From the NCBI GenBank assembly GCA_942493095.1, contig OW818675.1, positions 2,580,001 through 2,612,000 of the forward strand: 32,000 bases of DNA, written 5' to 3'. Positions 8,196 through 17,492 of this stretch are shown here, piece after piece. The DNA is from Candidatus Electronema halotolerans (GTDB lineage: Bacteria; Desulfobacterota; Desulfobulbia; Desulfobulbales; Desulfobulbaceae). Position numbers and translations under genes: made by a program. The notes beneath the pieces are model-generated. The model was not told the origin of the DNA. It made no database searches and saw nothing but the letters and a program-made list of their open reading frames with translations. The first letter of the stretch is position 1. Each line of letters starts with the position of its first letter.

Positions 8196-9317
8196 ATGGA
8201 TTACCGCAACGCTGTTTTTGTCGTCACTTCAGAAGATTCCTGTCCCATCTACAACACCGGCGAGGAGCTGCAAGTGCAGGATGCGGCTGTCAGTGTCGAT
8301 TACGAGAAGCCGGTCTGCATGTTTCTGGTCCAGGAACTGCTGAAGATTGTCTCGAAAAAACCGGGTGAGCAGCGTTTCACCCAGCTCGCCATGCAGCGGG
8401 CCTCGTTCAAATGTCCCGGCTGCACTGGGTCCATGCGCTTTGAGTACAAAAAGGAGAAGGGCTTCTCTACGTTGCAGATGAACCTGCTGCGGATCGCCGA
8501 TAAAAAGGCCCGCAAGCGTCATGTTGAGGCCCTGTTCAAGCATCTGCGCACCATGGAGGTTTTCGAGCTGCTCGAAGACCATGACCTGCTGGACTTGATC
8601 TCCATGCTCAAGCTCAAGCAGTTTGATCCCAACAAGATCATCATTGCTGAGGGCACACGCGGCACCCATCTCTATATCATCCTCTCCGGCAAGGTGGCGA
8701 TTGTCAAAGGGGAAAAAGAGGTGATCGCCGAGATAGGCCGGGGCGAGATCTTCGGCGAGATGAGCCTGCTCTCCGGCGAGCCGGCTGGCAGCTCCGTGCA
8801 TTCCCGCACTGTGGTCAAATTCGGCACCATCAACGGCAAGGATCTGAAGTTCATCCTCAACCGCTACCCGGTCCTGCAAATTTTCTTCTACCGCCTCTTG
8901 GTCAACCGGGCCCAGATGAACATGGCCAAGTCCGGCAAGATCAGCTCCGGCATGAGCGGCGAGCTGATCTACATCAGCCCGGTCGAACTGTACCAGCTCA
9001 TCAATTCCGGCGGCAAATCCGGCAAGGTGGATCTGATCTTTCCAGACGGCCATGCGGTTGTTCTCTTCAATGAGGGCGAAATTGTCCAAGCCATGTTTGG
9101 CGATCTCTTAGGCAAGGAAGCCCTGTTCGCCACCTTGAGCAAGAAAAAAGGCTCCTTCACCTACAATACGCATCTTGCTGGCAAGTATCAGAAATTGCAG
9201 CCGCTGGGCGGCTTCATGGGCCTGCTCATGGAAGGATTGCAGCGCATTGACGAAGAGAAAGAGAAGTCCGGCGGAGAAGGTCTTGCTGATGACCCTGAAT
9301 TTTCAGTGGATGACTGA
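8196..9317 (+). CDS. Cyclic nucleotide-binding domain protein with unclassified CxxC N-terminal domain and C-terminal DUF4388/PATAN domain (paralog 1)
   Basis: CNB: GTHLYIILSGKVAIVKGEKEVIAEIGRGEIFGEMSLLSG; C-terminus FSGMSGELIYISPVELYQLINSGGKSGKVDLIFPDGHAVVLFNEGEIV is DUF4388-like; N-terminus SFKCPGCTGSMRFEYKKEKGFSTLQMNLL. Confidence 0.88.
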   Translation: MDYRNAVFVVTSEDSCPIYNTGEELQVQDAAVSVDYEKPVCMFLVQELLKIVSKKPGEQRFTQLAMQRASFKCPGCTGSMRFEYKKEKGFSTLQMNLLRIADKKARKRHVEALFKHLRTMEVFELLEDHDLLDLISMLKLKQFDPNKIIIAEGTRGTHLYIILSGKVAIVKGEKEVIAEIGRGEIFGEMSLLSGEPAGSSVHSRTVVKFGTINGKDLKFILNRYPVLQIFFYRLLVNRAQMNMAKSGKISSGMSGELIYISPVELYQLINSGGKSGKVDLIFPDGHAVVLFNEGEIVQAMFGDLLGKEALFATLSKKKGSFTYNTHLAGKYQKLQPLGGFMGLLMEGLQRIDEEKEKSGGEGLADDPEFSVDD

Positions 9318-9341
9318 TTCAAGCCCGGATATTTATTTGCA

Positions 9342-9376
9342 AACAAGGCCCGTTCCAAATGCGGCTTGTTCCTTTT
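9342..9376 (+). terminator. Possible imperfect hairpin/terminator between the two CNB paralogs
   Basis: AACAAG...CTTGTT arms followed by CCTTTT; imperfect. Confidence 0.3.
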
Positions 9377-9396
9377 AATTGAGGATCGCTGGACAG

Positions 9397-10491
9397 ATGG
9401 CAGGATTCCGCAACGCTGTCTTTGTGGTGACAGAGGAATTCTCCTGCCCGCTCTACAATGTGGGCGAGGAATTTATTGTCCATGAATCTGTCCTTTCCAT
9501 TGATCGGAACAAAGAAACCTGCCTCCAGATGGTTCAGGAGTTAATGAAAGCCTTGGCCGTGGCCAAGCCGCTGCTGGAGCAGCGGATCACCCGGAAAGGG
9601 GTGCAGCGGGCCAAGTTTGAATGCGGCGGCTGCTCCGGCTTGATCCGTTTTGAATATAAGAAGGAGAAGGCCTATTCCACCCTTCAGATGAACCTGCTCA
9701 AAGTGGCCGAGCAGCGGGCCAAACAGCGGCTGATTGCTGAATTTTTCGGCATCCTCCGGGAAATGGAGCTGTTTGAGCCGCTCAATGATTTTGATTTGCA
9801 GGACTTGGCCCTGCTGATGAAGCTGCACAGCTATCCGCCCGGCAAAATCATTATTGAGGAAGGCGAGCGGGGCACCAATTTTTATGTGGTCCTGTCCGGC
9901 AAGGTGGCTGTGGTCAGCAAGGACAGCGAAGTGATCGCGGAAATTGATCCGGGCGGCATTTTTGGGGAAATGAGCCTGCTGTCCGGCGAGCTGACCTATC
10001 CGTCCGTCTATTCCAAGACCGCCTGCCAGCTTGCCGCGCTCAATGCCAAGGATTTCAAACACGTTCTTTCCCGCTATCCCATTCTCCAGATTTTCTTTTA
10101 CCGCGTCTTGGTTCACCGTGCCCAGGAAAACACTCTCAGGGCTGGCAAGATCAGTTCCGGCATGAGCGGCGAGCTGTCTGAGATCAATCCAGTGGATCTG
10201 TTCCAGATGATCAATTCCGGCGGCAAATCAGGACGGATCATCTTCAATTTCGGCAAAAGCCGCGCCATTGCGTTGTTCCATGAGGGCGAGGTGGTGGCCT
10301 GCCACCATAAGGGACAGAAGGGCAAAGAAGCGTTTTTTGCCCTGCTGGTGGAGCCGCAAGGCCGCTTCATCTACACCAAGGGCTTGAGCGAAAGGGAAAA
10401 GCAGCTTCAGCCCTTGGGCGGCTTCATGGGGCTGGTCATGGAAGGTCTCCAGCGCATTGACGAGGAGGGAGACGACAGCGGAGAGGACTGA
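9397..10491 (+). CDS. Cyclic nucleotide-binding domain protein, same three-part architecture (paralog 2)
   Basis: Near full-length similarity to 8196..9317; MAGFRNAVFVVTEEFSCPLYNVGEEF..., TNFYVVLSGKVAVVSKDSEVIAEIDPGGIFGEMSLLSGE. ATG 9397 aligns with paralog 1 start; track gives TTG 9379. Confidence 0.88.
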   Translation: MAGFRNAVFVVTEEFSCPLYNVGEEFIVHESVLSIDRNKETCLQMVQELMKALAVAKPLLEQRITRKGVQRAKFECGGCSGLIRFEYKKEKAYSTLQMNLLKVAEQRAKQRLIAEFFGILREMELFEPLNDFDLQDLALLMKLHSYPPGKIIIEEGERGTNFYVVLSGKVAVVSKDSEVIAEIDPGGIFGEMSLLSGELTYPSVYSKTACQLAALNAKDFKHVLSRYPILQIFFYRVLVHRAQENTLRAGKISSGMSGELSEINPVDLFQMINSGGKSGRIIFNFGKSRAIALFHEGEVVACHHKGQKGKEAFFALLVEPQGRFIYTKGLSEREKQLQPLGGFMGLVMEGLQRIDEEGDDSGED

Positions 10492-10493
10492 AT

Positions 10494-11705
10494 CTAAAGC
10501 CGCCGGAAGATCAGGCAGGCATTGGTGCCGCCAAAGCCGTAACTGCTCGACATCACGGCCCGCAATTTCGCCTGCCGGGTTTCCTGAACAATGTTCATTT
10601 CTTTTGCCTCTGGCTCTAAGTTGTCGATATTGGCAGTGGCAGCGATGAAGCCGTGTCGAAGCATGAGCAGGCTGTAGATGGCCTCATGTACCCCGGCGGC
10701 ACCAAGGGAGTGGCCGGACAGGGACTTGGTCGAGCTGATCGGCGGAATGCTGCTGCCAAAGGCCTGCCGCACCGCCCGCAGCTCGACCATGTCGCCAATG
10801 GGTGTTGAGGTGCCGTGGGCGTTGAGATAGTCAACCGTCGTTGTTCCAGCCATCTGGAGGGCCATTTTCATGCAGCGGGCCGCTCCCTCGCCAGAGGGCG
10901 AAACCATGTCGTGGCCGTCAGCTGTGGCTCCGTAGCCAATGATTTCAGCATAGATCGGCGCGCCCCGGCGGCGGGCCTGCTCCAGCTCCTCGACCACGAC
11001 CACGCCTGCGCCGTTGGCCACGACAAAGCCGTCCCGGTCCCGGTCCCACGGACGCGAAGCCTGGGCAGGACGCTCGTTGAAATGGGTCGAAAGCGCGCCC
11101 ATTGCGTCGAACATGGCGGTCTGCGTCCAATGTTCCTCGTCGCTGCCGCCCGCAAAGACAATGTCCTGCTTGCCGAGTTGAATCTGCTCCAAGGCCGCGC
11201 CAATGCAGTGCGCCCCGGTGGCGCAGGCTGAGGAGACCGAATAGCAGGTGCCAAGGATTTGAAAGGGCGCGGTCAGGGCGGCGGAAACCGTGCTAGACAT
11301 GGTTCTCGGCACCATGAAGGGACTGAGGCGGCGCAGCCCTTTGCTGCGCATGATGTCAGCCGTGGCCACCACATTTTCTGCCGAGGTGCCGCCGGAACCC
11401 ATGATCAGGCCGGTGCGGGGTGAGGAGACCTGCTCCTCGCGCAGACCGCTGTCAGCAACGGCCTGCCGCATGGCGATGTATGCATAGGCCGCCGCATTGC
11501 CCATGAAGCGGAGGCTTTTCTTGTCAATATGCTTCTCGCAGCGAATGCGGGTGAAGGAGCCGATCCGGGAGCGCAGGCCCAGCTCCTCATAAGCCGGGCA
11601 ATACTGGATGCCGGAGCGGCCCTGTTGCAGAGATTGCAGCACGTCACGGATGCTGTCGCCCAATGGTGAGACGATACCCATGCCAGTGATGACAGCTCTG
11701 CGCAT
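10494..11705 (-). CDS. 3-oxoacyl-[ACP] synthase (KAS I/II type)
   Basis: [19 protein letters not shown]..., active-site Cys in [14 protein letters not shown], His motifs [11 protein letters not shown] and [11 protein letters not shown]. Confidence 0.95.
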   Translation of the reverse strand: MRRAVITGMGIVSPLGDSIRDVLQSLQQGRSGIQYCPAYEELGLRSRIGSFTRIRCEKHIDKKSLRFMGNAAAYAYIAMRQAVADSGLREEQVSSPRTGLIMGSGGTSAENVVATADIMRSKGLRRLSPFMVPRTMSSTVSAALTAPFQILGTCYSVSSACATGAHCIGAALEQIQLGKQDIVFAGGSDEEHWTQTAMFDAMGALSTHFNERPAQASRPWDRDRDGFVVANGAGVVVVEELEQARRRGAPIYAEIIGYGATADGHDMVSPSGEGAARCMKMALQMAGTTTVDYLNAHGTSTPIGDMVELRAVRQAFGSSIPPISSTKSLSGHSLGAAGVHEAIYSLLMLRHGFIAATANIDNLEPEAKEMNIVQETRQAKLRAVMSSSYGFGGTNACLIFRRL

Positions 11706-11799
11706 AATGTCTCCTGATGATCAGTCTGATGGTCATATTACGGTTCAAGGATACAGAAAAACAGATTTGTCCGAAAAAAACAAGCGAAACACGACCGAC

Positions 11800-12507
11800 A
11801 TGAGCACCCGGAAAATCAAGCAGCAGATTCTCGCCTTGCTGCAAGAGCATGATCTGACCGAAATTCAGGATGAATTGGTCAAGCTGCCCGCCAAAGAGGT
11901 GATCAATGCCCTTTTTGCCGCCATCTGCCGGAGCGAGGAGCGGCTGCGCTGGTACGCAGTTTCAGCAATGGGAAGAGCGGTTGCCCGGCTGGCCGAAGAA
12001 GATATGGAGGAGGCGCGGATTGTCATGCGCCGTTTGCTCTGGAGCCTGAACGAGGAGTCAGGCGGCATTGGCTGGGGCGCGCCAGAGGCAATGGCGGAAA
12101 TTTTCTGCTGTCATGAAGGGCTGGCAGAGGAGTACATTCACATGCTGCTCTCTTATATGCGGCCTGACGGCGACGGGCCGCATCAGGAAGGCAATTTTTT
12201 GGAGCATGAGACCTTGCAGCGCGGCCTGCTCTGGGCTGCCGGACGATTAGCCCAAGGCCGCCGCGAGCTGGCTTTGGCCAAAGGCATGGCTGCTGACCTG
12301 CCCCAATATCTGCACTCGCCAGACGCAGTGGTCTGCGGCTTGGCGGCGTGGGCTATTGGCCTGCTTGGTGATTGCTGTCCTCGCTTGGAAAGACTCCATG
12401 AGCTGAAAACAGATGCAACTCAGCTCCGGCTTTACGAGGAGGGCTGTTTCAGCACTGTCACCGTCGGCGAGCTGGCGGCCAAGGCCATAGCGCGGATGCA
12501 GGCATGA
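11800..12507 (+). CDS. DVU0298-like protein (HEAT-like)
   Basis: MSTRKIKQQILALLQEHDLTEIQDELVKLPAKEVINALFAAICRSEERLRWYAVSAMG...; stop overlaps next start (ATGA). Confidence 0.75.
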   Translation: MSTRKIKQQILALLQEHDLTEIQDELVKLPAKEVINALFAAICRSEERLRWYAVSAMGRAVARLAEEDMEEARIVMRRLLWSLNEESGGIGWGAPEAMAEIFCCHEGLAEEYIHMLLSYMRPDGDGPHQEGNFLEHETLQRGLLWAAGRLAQGRRELALAKGMAADLPQYLHSPDAVVCGLAAWAIGLLGDCCPRLERLHELKTDATQLRLYEEGCFSTVTVGELAAKAIARMQA

Positions 12508-13784
12508 AGCAGAAGCAGCTCTTTCCTCATGCCGCCTGTTTGCAATTAGCAATTCAGCCCGGCGAGATTGCCGCCAATCTGAGCAGATTTCAGGAGCTGC
12601 TCGCGGCGCAGCAGTTTCCTGAAAACACGCTTGTGGTTTTGCCGGAGGCTTGGGCCAGTGGTTTTGACTATCCCAAGGCTGCCGCATTAGCTGAACAGAC
12701 TCCGGCTGTCCTGAAAATGCTGCAAGAGAAGGCGGCGCAGCGCAAGCTCTGGTTTGCCGGGTCGTTGCTGGAACCGCAAAACGAGGGCAGGCCCTGCAAC
12801 ACCCTTTTTCTGGTCGGGCCTGAAGGCGTGGCAGGCGCATATCGGAAACATCATCTCTTCCGTTTCTGGCAGGAAGAAGAATATTTGCAGGCCGGACGCG
12901 AGCCGCTGCCGATCAACAGTCCATTTGGCCTGCTCGGAGCCTTGGTCTGCTATGATATTCGCTTCCCGGAGATCAGCCGCAGGCATGCCTTTGCAGGCAG
13001 CAGGCTGATTATTGTTTCAGCGCAATGGCCTTCAGCCCGGCTGGCCCACTGGCGGCTGCTGGTGCAGGCCAGGGCGGTGGAGAATCAGGTCTTTGTCCTT
13101 GCCTGCAACGGCTGCGGCCCGGTCGGCGAAGGCCGTCTGGCTGGCCATTCTTTGATCATTGATCCCAACGGCGAAATCTTGGCCGAAGCTGGTGACGAAG
13201 CCGGTTGCATTCAGGCACCGTTGCGGGAGGATGTCTTGGACAAACTTCGTGCCCGTTTCTGCACCAGCGGTGAGCGGCCTTGGCCGGGCTGGGACAGCAA
13301 TAAAATTGTTGCTCTGCCAACCTTACAGAAACGCCTGTCCCTACTCCGGCGGCAGGGCAGCAGAATTGTCTTCACCAATGGCTGCTTTGATTTGCTCCAT
13401 GCCGGACATGTTGATTATCTGGAGCAAGCCCGCGCCTGCGGCGACTGCCTTGTGGTCGGCCTGAATGCGGACAGCTCAGTGCGGCGGCTGAAAGGAGCCT
13501 CCCGGCCTGTCAACAGCGAAGCCGAGCGGGCCAGAGTTTTAGCCGCGCTGGGCTGTGTTGATTTTGTCATCCTCTTTGGCGAAGACACGCCGCAGCAGCT
13601 CATCACGGCCCTGCTGCCCGATGTTTTAGTCAAGGGCGCGGACTGGCCGGAAGAGGAAATTGTCGGCGCGGCAGAGGTGAAAGCCGCTGGCGGTTCGGTG
13701 CGGCGGATACCATTTAGCAGCACCTGTTCCAGCAGCAGCATTATCGCAAAGATAGCCTCCGCCCAGTCGGACTCATCCCTTTAA
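12504..13784 (+). CDS. Fusion: carbon-nitrogen hydrolase (nitrilase) + D-glycero-beta-D-manno-heptose 1-phosphate adenylyltransferase (RfaE domain II)
   Basis: Nitrilase part: VVLPEAWASGF (E), YRKHHLF (K), ALVCYDIRFPEISR (C). C-terminal part: RIVFTNGCFDLLHAGHVDYLEQARACGDCLVVGLNADSSVRRLKG...RPVNSEAERARVLAALGCVDFV...LVKGADW. Confidence 0.92.
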   Translation: MKQKQLFPHAACLQLAIQPGEIAANLSRFQELLAAQQFPENTLVVLPEAWASGFDYPKAAALAEQTPAVLKMLQEKAAQRKLWFAGSLLEPQNEGRPCNTLFLVGPEGVAGAYRKHHLFRFWQEEEYLQAGREPLPINSPFGLLGALVCYDIRFPEISRRHAFAGSRLIIVSAQWPSARLAHWRLLVQARAVENQVFVLACNGCGPVGEGRLAGHSLIIDPNGEILAEAGDEAGCIQAPLREDVLDKLRARFCTSGERPWPGWDSNKIVALPTLQKRLSLLRRQGSRIVFTNGCFDLLHAGHVDYLEQARACGDCLVVGLNADSSVRRLKGASRPVNSEAERARVLAALGCVDFVILFGEDTPQQLITALLPDVLVKGADWPEEEIVGAAEVKAAGGSVRRIPFSSTCSSSSIIAKIASAQSDSSL

Positions 13785-14643
13785 GCTGACCAAGCACCTT
13801 GGCAACTCCTGAATAATCCAAAGGATCAACCCAGCCGTCCAGCTCGGCATCGGCAAGCGGCCTGTCGCCCGGCTCCAACTCCTTGAGCGCGGCAGCCACC
13901 TGCGCGGCCAGCTCCGGCTCCACTGTGGCTGTCTTGGCTAAAACAAAGCCCGGATACAGATCGGTGGAGCAGGCAAAGGGAAAATCCTGATGGAACTTTC
14001 TCGCCAATATCTTGAAGTCCTTCATTGTTCCGTTGCCATTGGCAAACTCACGCTCCAGCAGGCCGGTCGGCAGGGTGCCTGCGTCAACTTTCCCGGCCAG
14101 CACTGCCGTGACCACGGCCTGCGGCGTTTCAAAAAAGCGGATGGTATGAAAAAACGTGTAGGCATCAATGCCTGCATCTTTGAATTCCTTTTCCGCCATC
14201 TGCCAGCCAGCAAACGACCAGCGCCGGAGCGCGCCAAACTTTTTATCCCGCAGATTAGTCAGGCCGTTGATGCTTTTGTTGTCTGCGGCAGTGAAGATGA
14301 CCGCTCCGTTATACTCCGTGCCAATGACGGCATTTTTCATGGTTGCCACCGCCGTTGCTCCGTATTTGGCTTGGGTAGTGATGAACATCGACGGATCCGC
14401 AGTGAAGAAATCAACCTTGCCTGCCGCAACCGCAGGCAGAAGGTCTTGATAGCTTAAAGGCAGCACTCTGACCGGCTGCCGCAGTTTTTCCGCAAGATAG
14501 CGGCCCGTGGCAGCCCATTGCCGCTGGCCGTCAAAAGGGCCGTTCCAGACAAGAAAGCCGATGGTGACACCGCCTGCGGCTTGGCAGACAGCGGCGGAAA
14601 AAAACAGCAGGACAGCCAAGGCTGCCAGTAATATTCTTTGCAT
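13741..14643 (-). CDS. PhnD-like phosphate/phosphite/phosphonate ABC-type periplasmic binding protein
   Basis: Signal peptide MQRILLAALAVLLFFSAAVCQA; TIGFLVWNGPFDGQRQWAATGRYLAEKLRQPVRVLPLSYQDLLPAVAAGKVDFF; QAVVTAVLAGKVDAGTLPTGLLE. Confidence 0.85.
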   Translation of the reverse strand: MQRILLAALAVLLFFSAAVCQAAGGVTIGFLVWNGPFDGQRQWAATGRYLAEKLRQPVRVLPLSYQDLLPAVAAGKVDFFTADPSMFITTQAKYGATAVATMKNAVIGTEYNGAVIFTAADNKSINGLTNLRDKKFGALRRWSFAGWQMAEKEFKDAGIDAYTFFHTIRFFETPQAVVTAVLAGKVDAGTLPTGLLEREFANGNGTMKDFKILARKFHQDFPFACSTDLYPGFVLAKTATVEPELAAQVAAALKELEPGDRPLADAELDGWVDPLDYSGVAKVLGQLKGMSPTGRRLSLR

Positions 14644-14924
14644 CGCATCCCCTCCGTTTTTTTGAAAACAACAGCAGCAAGCGTCAATTTGCCATGCAGC
14701 ATCAATAAATTGTCGCATACGGCAGGCTGCGCTGTCAAGCACCGGAGGAAACGCGGCAAGTGCAACAACCCTGCTTGCCTGTTGCACAGAAGACTGTTAT
14801 TGAAATTCAGACAACGCAAAGTTATTGGGATGTATCGCGTTGAAAATTCGTTGGCACGTATCATCCGAGGACAGGGCCATGAGGAAGCCGAAGAACCTGC
14901 TTGCGCTTTATGAGGGAATTCTGA

Positions 14925-17492
14925 TTACATCCCAAGCAGCCGATAGACCGCCTTCATATCCAATTCCCGCCGAAGCAAAGCGGCCAGCCGGTCAAGTGCT
15001 GGTTCAAGATCATATTTCGCCCCTTGGCCGCTCAAAGCAGACAGGCCCTTTGCCGCCCGCAGGCGGTTGATGAACCAGCGGCGGAAGGGGTCACTGTCAA
15101 AAATGCCGTGCAGATAGCTGCCCCAAATCGTGCCGGAGCTGCTGGCCCGCCCGCAGCTTGCGCCGTCGGCAAAGACGAGCAGCGGTTCTGCGCTGTCTGC
15201 CCCGCTGCGGCCATGATGGATTTCATAGCCGCGCACTGGCATCCCGGAGGGAAGATGTCTGCCCTCCCGGCGGGTCAGGGTCTTGTCCGCAGCCAGCTCG
15301 GTGTGCAGATTGAGCAAACCCAGTCCTTGCAGCTTGCTGCCCAGCTCGCCCTCCAAGCCGTGCGGATCAGCAACCGCTTTGCCCAGCATCTGGAAGCCGC
15401 CGCAAATGCCGATGATCTCTTTATTTTTCCCTGTAGCCTGCGCAATGGCTGCGGCCAGTCCGCTTTGCCGCAGCCAGGTCAGATCAGCAATCACATTTTT
15501 GGAACCGGGCAGGATGAGGCAGTCCGGCTCGCCCAGTTCCTCCGCATGACGGACTGTGCGCAGCCAGACATCCGGTTCCGCCAGCAGCGGCTCCAAGTCG
15601 GTAAAGTTGGAGATGTGCGGCAGGTCAATCAGGGCAATCTCGACATGGCCGCCCGCTGGCCGGGGCCGGTTGTAGATGCCCGCCTTGAAGCTGACCGAAT
15701 CCTCCTGCGGCAGACCGAGATCAGTCAGCCACGGCACCACGCCGAACACTGGCCTGCCAGTGCGCTGCTCCAAGAAGCGATGCGCGTCCGCCAGCAGGCT
15801 GGCATCGCCCCGGAAGCGGTTGACGACAAAGCCGGCCAGCAGCTTGCGCTCCCACGGAGCCATGACCTCGACATGCCCGACAAAGGAGGCATAAACCCCG
15901 CCCCGGTCAATGTCGCCGACTAACAGGACAGCAGCTTGGGCCTGCTGGGCCATGCGCATATTGACAAGGTCATGCGACTTGAGATTGACTTCGCCCGGAC
16001 TGCCCGCGCCTTCTAAGATCATGCAGTCCTGCTCACCAGCCAGCTCGTCGTAGGCAGTGCAAACCGTCTGCCAGAGGCCTTCCTTGGCCCGCACATACTC
16101 AGCCACCCGCATGTTGCCGACCGGCTTGCCGAGCACAATCACTTGGCTGCCCACGTCCGAGCAGGGCTTGAGCAGAATCGGATTCATGCGCACATCCGGG
16201 TCAAGGCGGCAGGCCTGGGCCTGCACCACCTGCGCCCGGCCCATTTCGCCGCCGTCCTTGGTGACAAAGGAGTTGAGGGACATGTTCTGGGCCTTGAACG
16301 GAGCCACGCGCAGCCCGTCCTGCAAGAGCACCCGGCAGAGGCCAGCGGCCAGCACGCTCTTGCCCACATCCGAGCCAGTGCCGAGCAGCATCAGGGCTGG
16401 CGTTTTTCTTGTTCGCGGTGCAACCGTCCGCTCTGGGGCAAGCATCGTGCCCAAGGCTTGGACGAGCTGATCATTCTCCTCTTCCAAGCGCACCGCCACT
16501 CGGAAATATTGATCGTTCAAACCCTCGTAGTTGTCACAAACCCGAATGGCAATCTTGCACTCGTGCAGGAGCTTATCTGCCAGTTCCGCAGCAGTGAGCG
16601 GCTCGGTAAGATGGACAAGGAGGAAGTTAGCTGCGCCTGCAATCACCCGCAGCTTGGGCAGCGCGGCCAGCTCGCGGTGCATCTTGTCCCGATTGCGGCG
16701 GACAGTCTCCCGGCTTTTGCGAAGATATGCCGCATCATGCAGAACTGCTGCCCCTGCCGCTTGGGCAAGCGTGTTCACCGGCCACGGGGCAATCTGCTCT
16801 CTGATTTTCTTGCAAATAATTTCTGAAGCAGCGAGGAAGCCAAGGCGCAGGCCGGGAATGGCAAAGAGCTTGGTCAGCGAGCAGAGGGTGATGATGTTCT
16901 TCCGGCAGCAGGCCAGCGACTCATAGCCTGCAACAAAACCGGCAAAGGCTTCATCAAGCAGGAAAAGAACATCCGGGTGCTGATCAGCTAAGGTCAGCAA
17001 GGCATTCCGGTCATTCATCCGCCCGGTCGGGTTGTTGGGCTGACCAAGCAGGAGCAAATCGCCGGGCCGCAGCAGGGCGGAGACATGTTCCAGATCAGGC
17101 TGAAACGCTTTGTCCGCTGACAAGGGCACGGACAGAATTTTCGCCCCGGCCCGTTCGCAGGCTTGCCGATAGTCGATATAGGCAGGCACGAGAATGACGG
17201 CCCGCTGCGGGGCAATGGCTCGCAGGGCGGCGTACAGCAGCTCAGAAGTGCCGTTGCCTGTCACGATTTGCGCAGGTGTGAGCCAGTATTGGGCGGCAAT
17301 CGCTTGAATCAGCTCTGCCGCTTCCGGGTCAGGGTAATGGACGATTTCCGGCAGGCGGGCGGAAAGGACATGCCAGAGCTGCTCCGGCGGGCCGAGCGGA
17401 TTAAGGTTGGCACTGAAGTCAAGAATTGCCTTTGGCTGACAGCCGAGCCGGGCTGCAAGGGCGCGCAGATTGCCGCCATGCGCGCTGCTCAT
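14925..17492 (-). CDS. Fusion: L-threonine-O-3-phosphate decarboxylase (CobD-like, PLP) + cobyric acid synthase (CobQ)
   Basis: N-terminus AILDFSANLNPLGPP...LLLGQPNNPTG...SLTKLFAIPGLRLGF; C-terminus LMLLGTGSDVGKSVLAAGLCRVL..FKAQNMSLNSFVT..GGEMGRAQVVQAQAC...IGICGGFQMLG...RGYEIHHG...GSYLHGIFD. Confidence 0.95.
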   Translation of the reverse strand: MSSAHGGNLRALAARLGCQPKAILDFSANLNPLGPPEQLWHVLSARLPEIVHYPDPEAAELIQAIAAQYWLTPAQIVTGNGTSELLYAALRAIAPQRAVILVPAYIDYRQACERAGAKILSVPLSADKAFQPDLEHVSALLRPGDLLLLGQPNNPTGRMNDRNALLTLADQHPDVLFLLDEAFAGFVAGYESLACCRKNIITLCSLTKLFAIPGLRLGFLAASEIICKKIREQIAPWPVNTLAQAAGAAVLHDAAYLRKSRETVRRNRDKMHRELAALPKLRVIAGAANFLLVHLTEPLTAAELADKLLHECKIAIRVCDNYEGLNDQYFRVAVRLEEENDQLVQALGTMLAPERTVAPRTRKTPALMLLGTGSDVGKSVLAAGLCRVLLQDGLRVAPFKAQNMSLNSFVTKDGGEMGRAQVVQAQACRLDPDVRMNPILLKPCSDVGSQVIVLGKPVGNMRVAEYVRAKEGLWQTVCTAYDELAGEQDCMILEGAGSPGEVNLKSHDLVNMRMAQQAQAAVLLVGDIDRGGVYASFVGHVEVMAPWERKLLAGFVVNRFRGDASLLADAHRFLEQRTGRPVFGVVPWLTDLGLPQEDSVSFKAGIYNRPRPAGGHVEIALIDLPHISNFTDLEPLLAEPDVWLRTVRHAEELGEPDCLILPGSKNVIADLTWLRQSGLAAAIAQATGKNKEIIGICGGFQMLGKAVADPHGLEGELGSKLQGLGLLNLHTELAADKTLTRREGRHLPSGMPVRGYEIHHGRSGADSAEPLLVFADGASCGRASSSGTIWGSYLHGIFDSDPFRRWFINRLRAAKGLSALSGQGAKYDLEPALDRLAALLRRELDMKAVYRLLGM

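Noticed and set aside
12247-12840. 197-aa - ORF across DVU0298-like/nitrilase junction
   Set aside because: Antisense to two supported CDSs that are ATGA-coupled.
14644-14924. Possible cobalamin riboswitch near the CobD-CobQ gene
   Set aside because: It lies downstream, not upstream, of cobDQ, and I could not find the conserved B12-box core in either orientation; an Infernal search would settle it.
15024-15923. 299-aa + ORF opposite CobQ
   Set aside because: Shadow ORF in high-GC coding DNA; the minus-strand frame has clear CobQ motifs.
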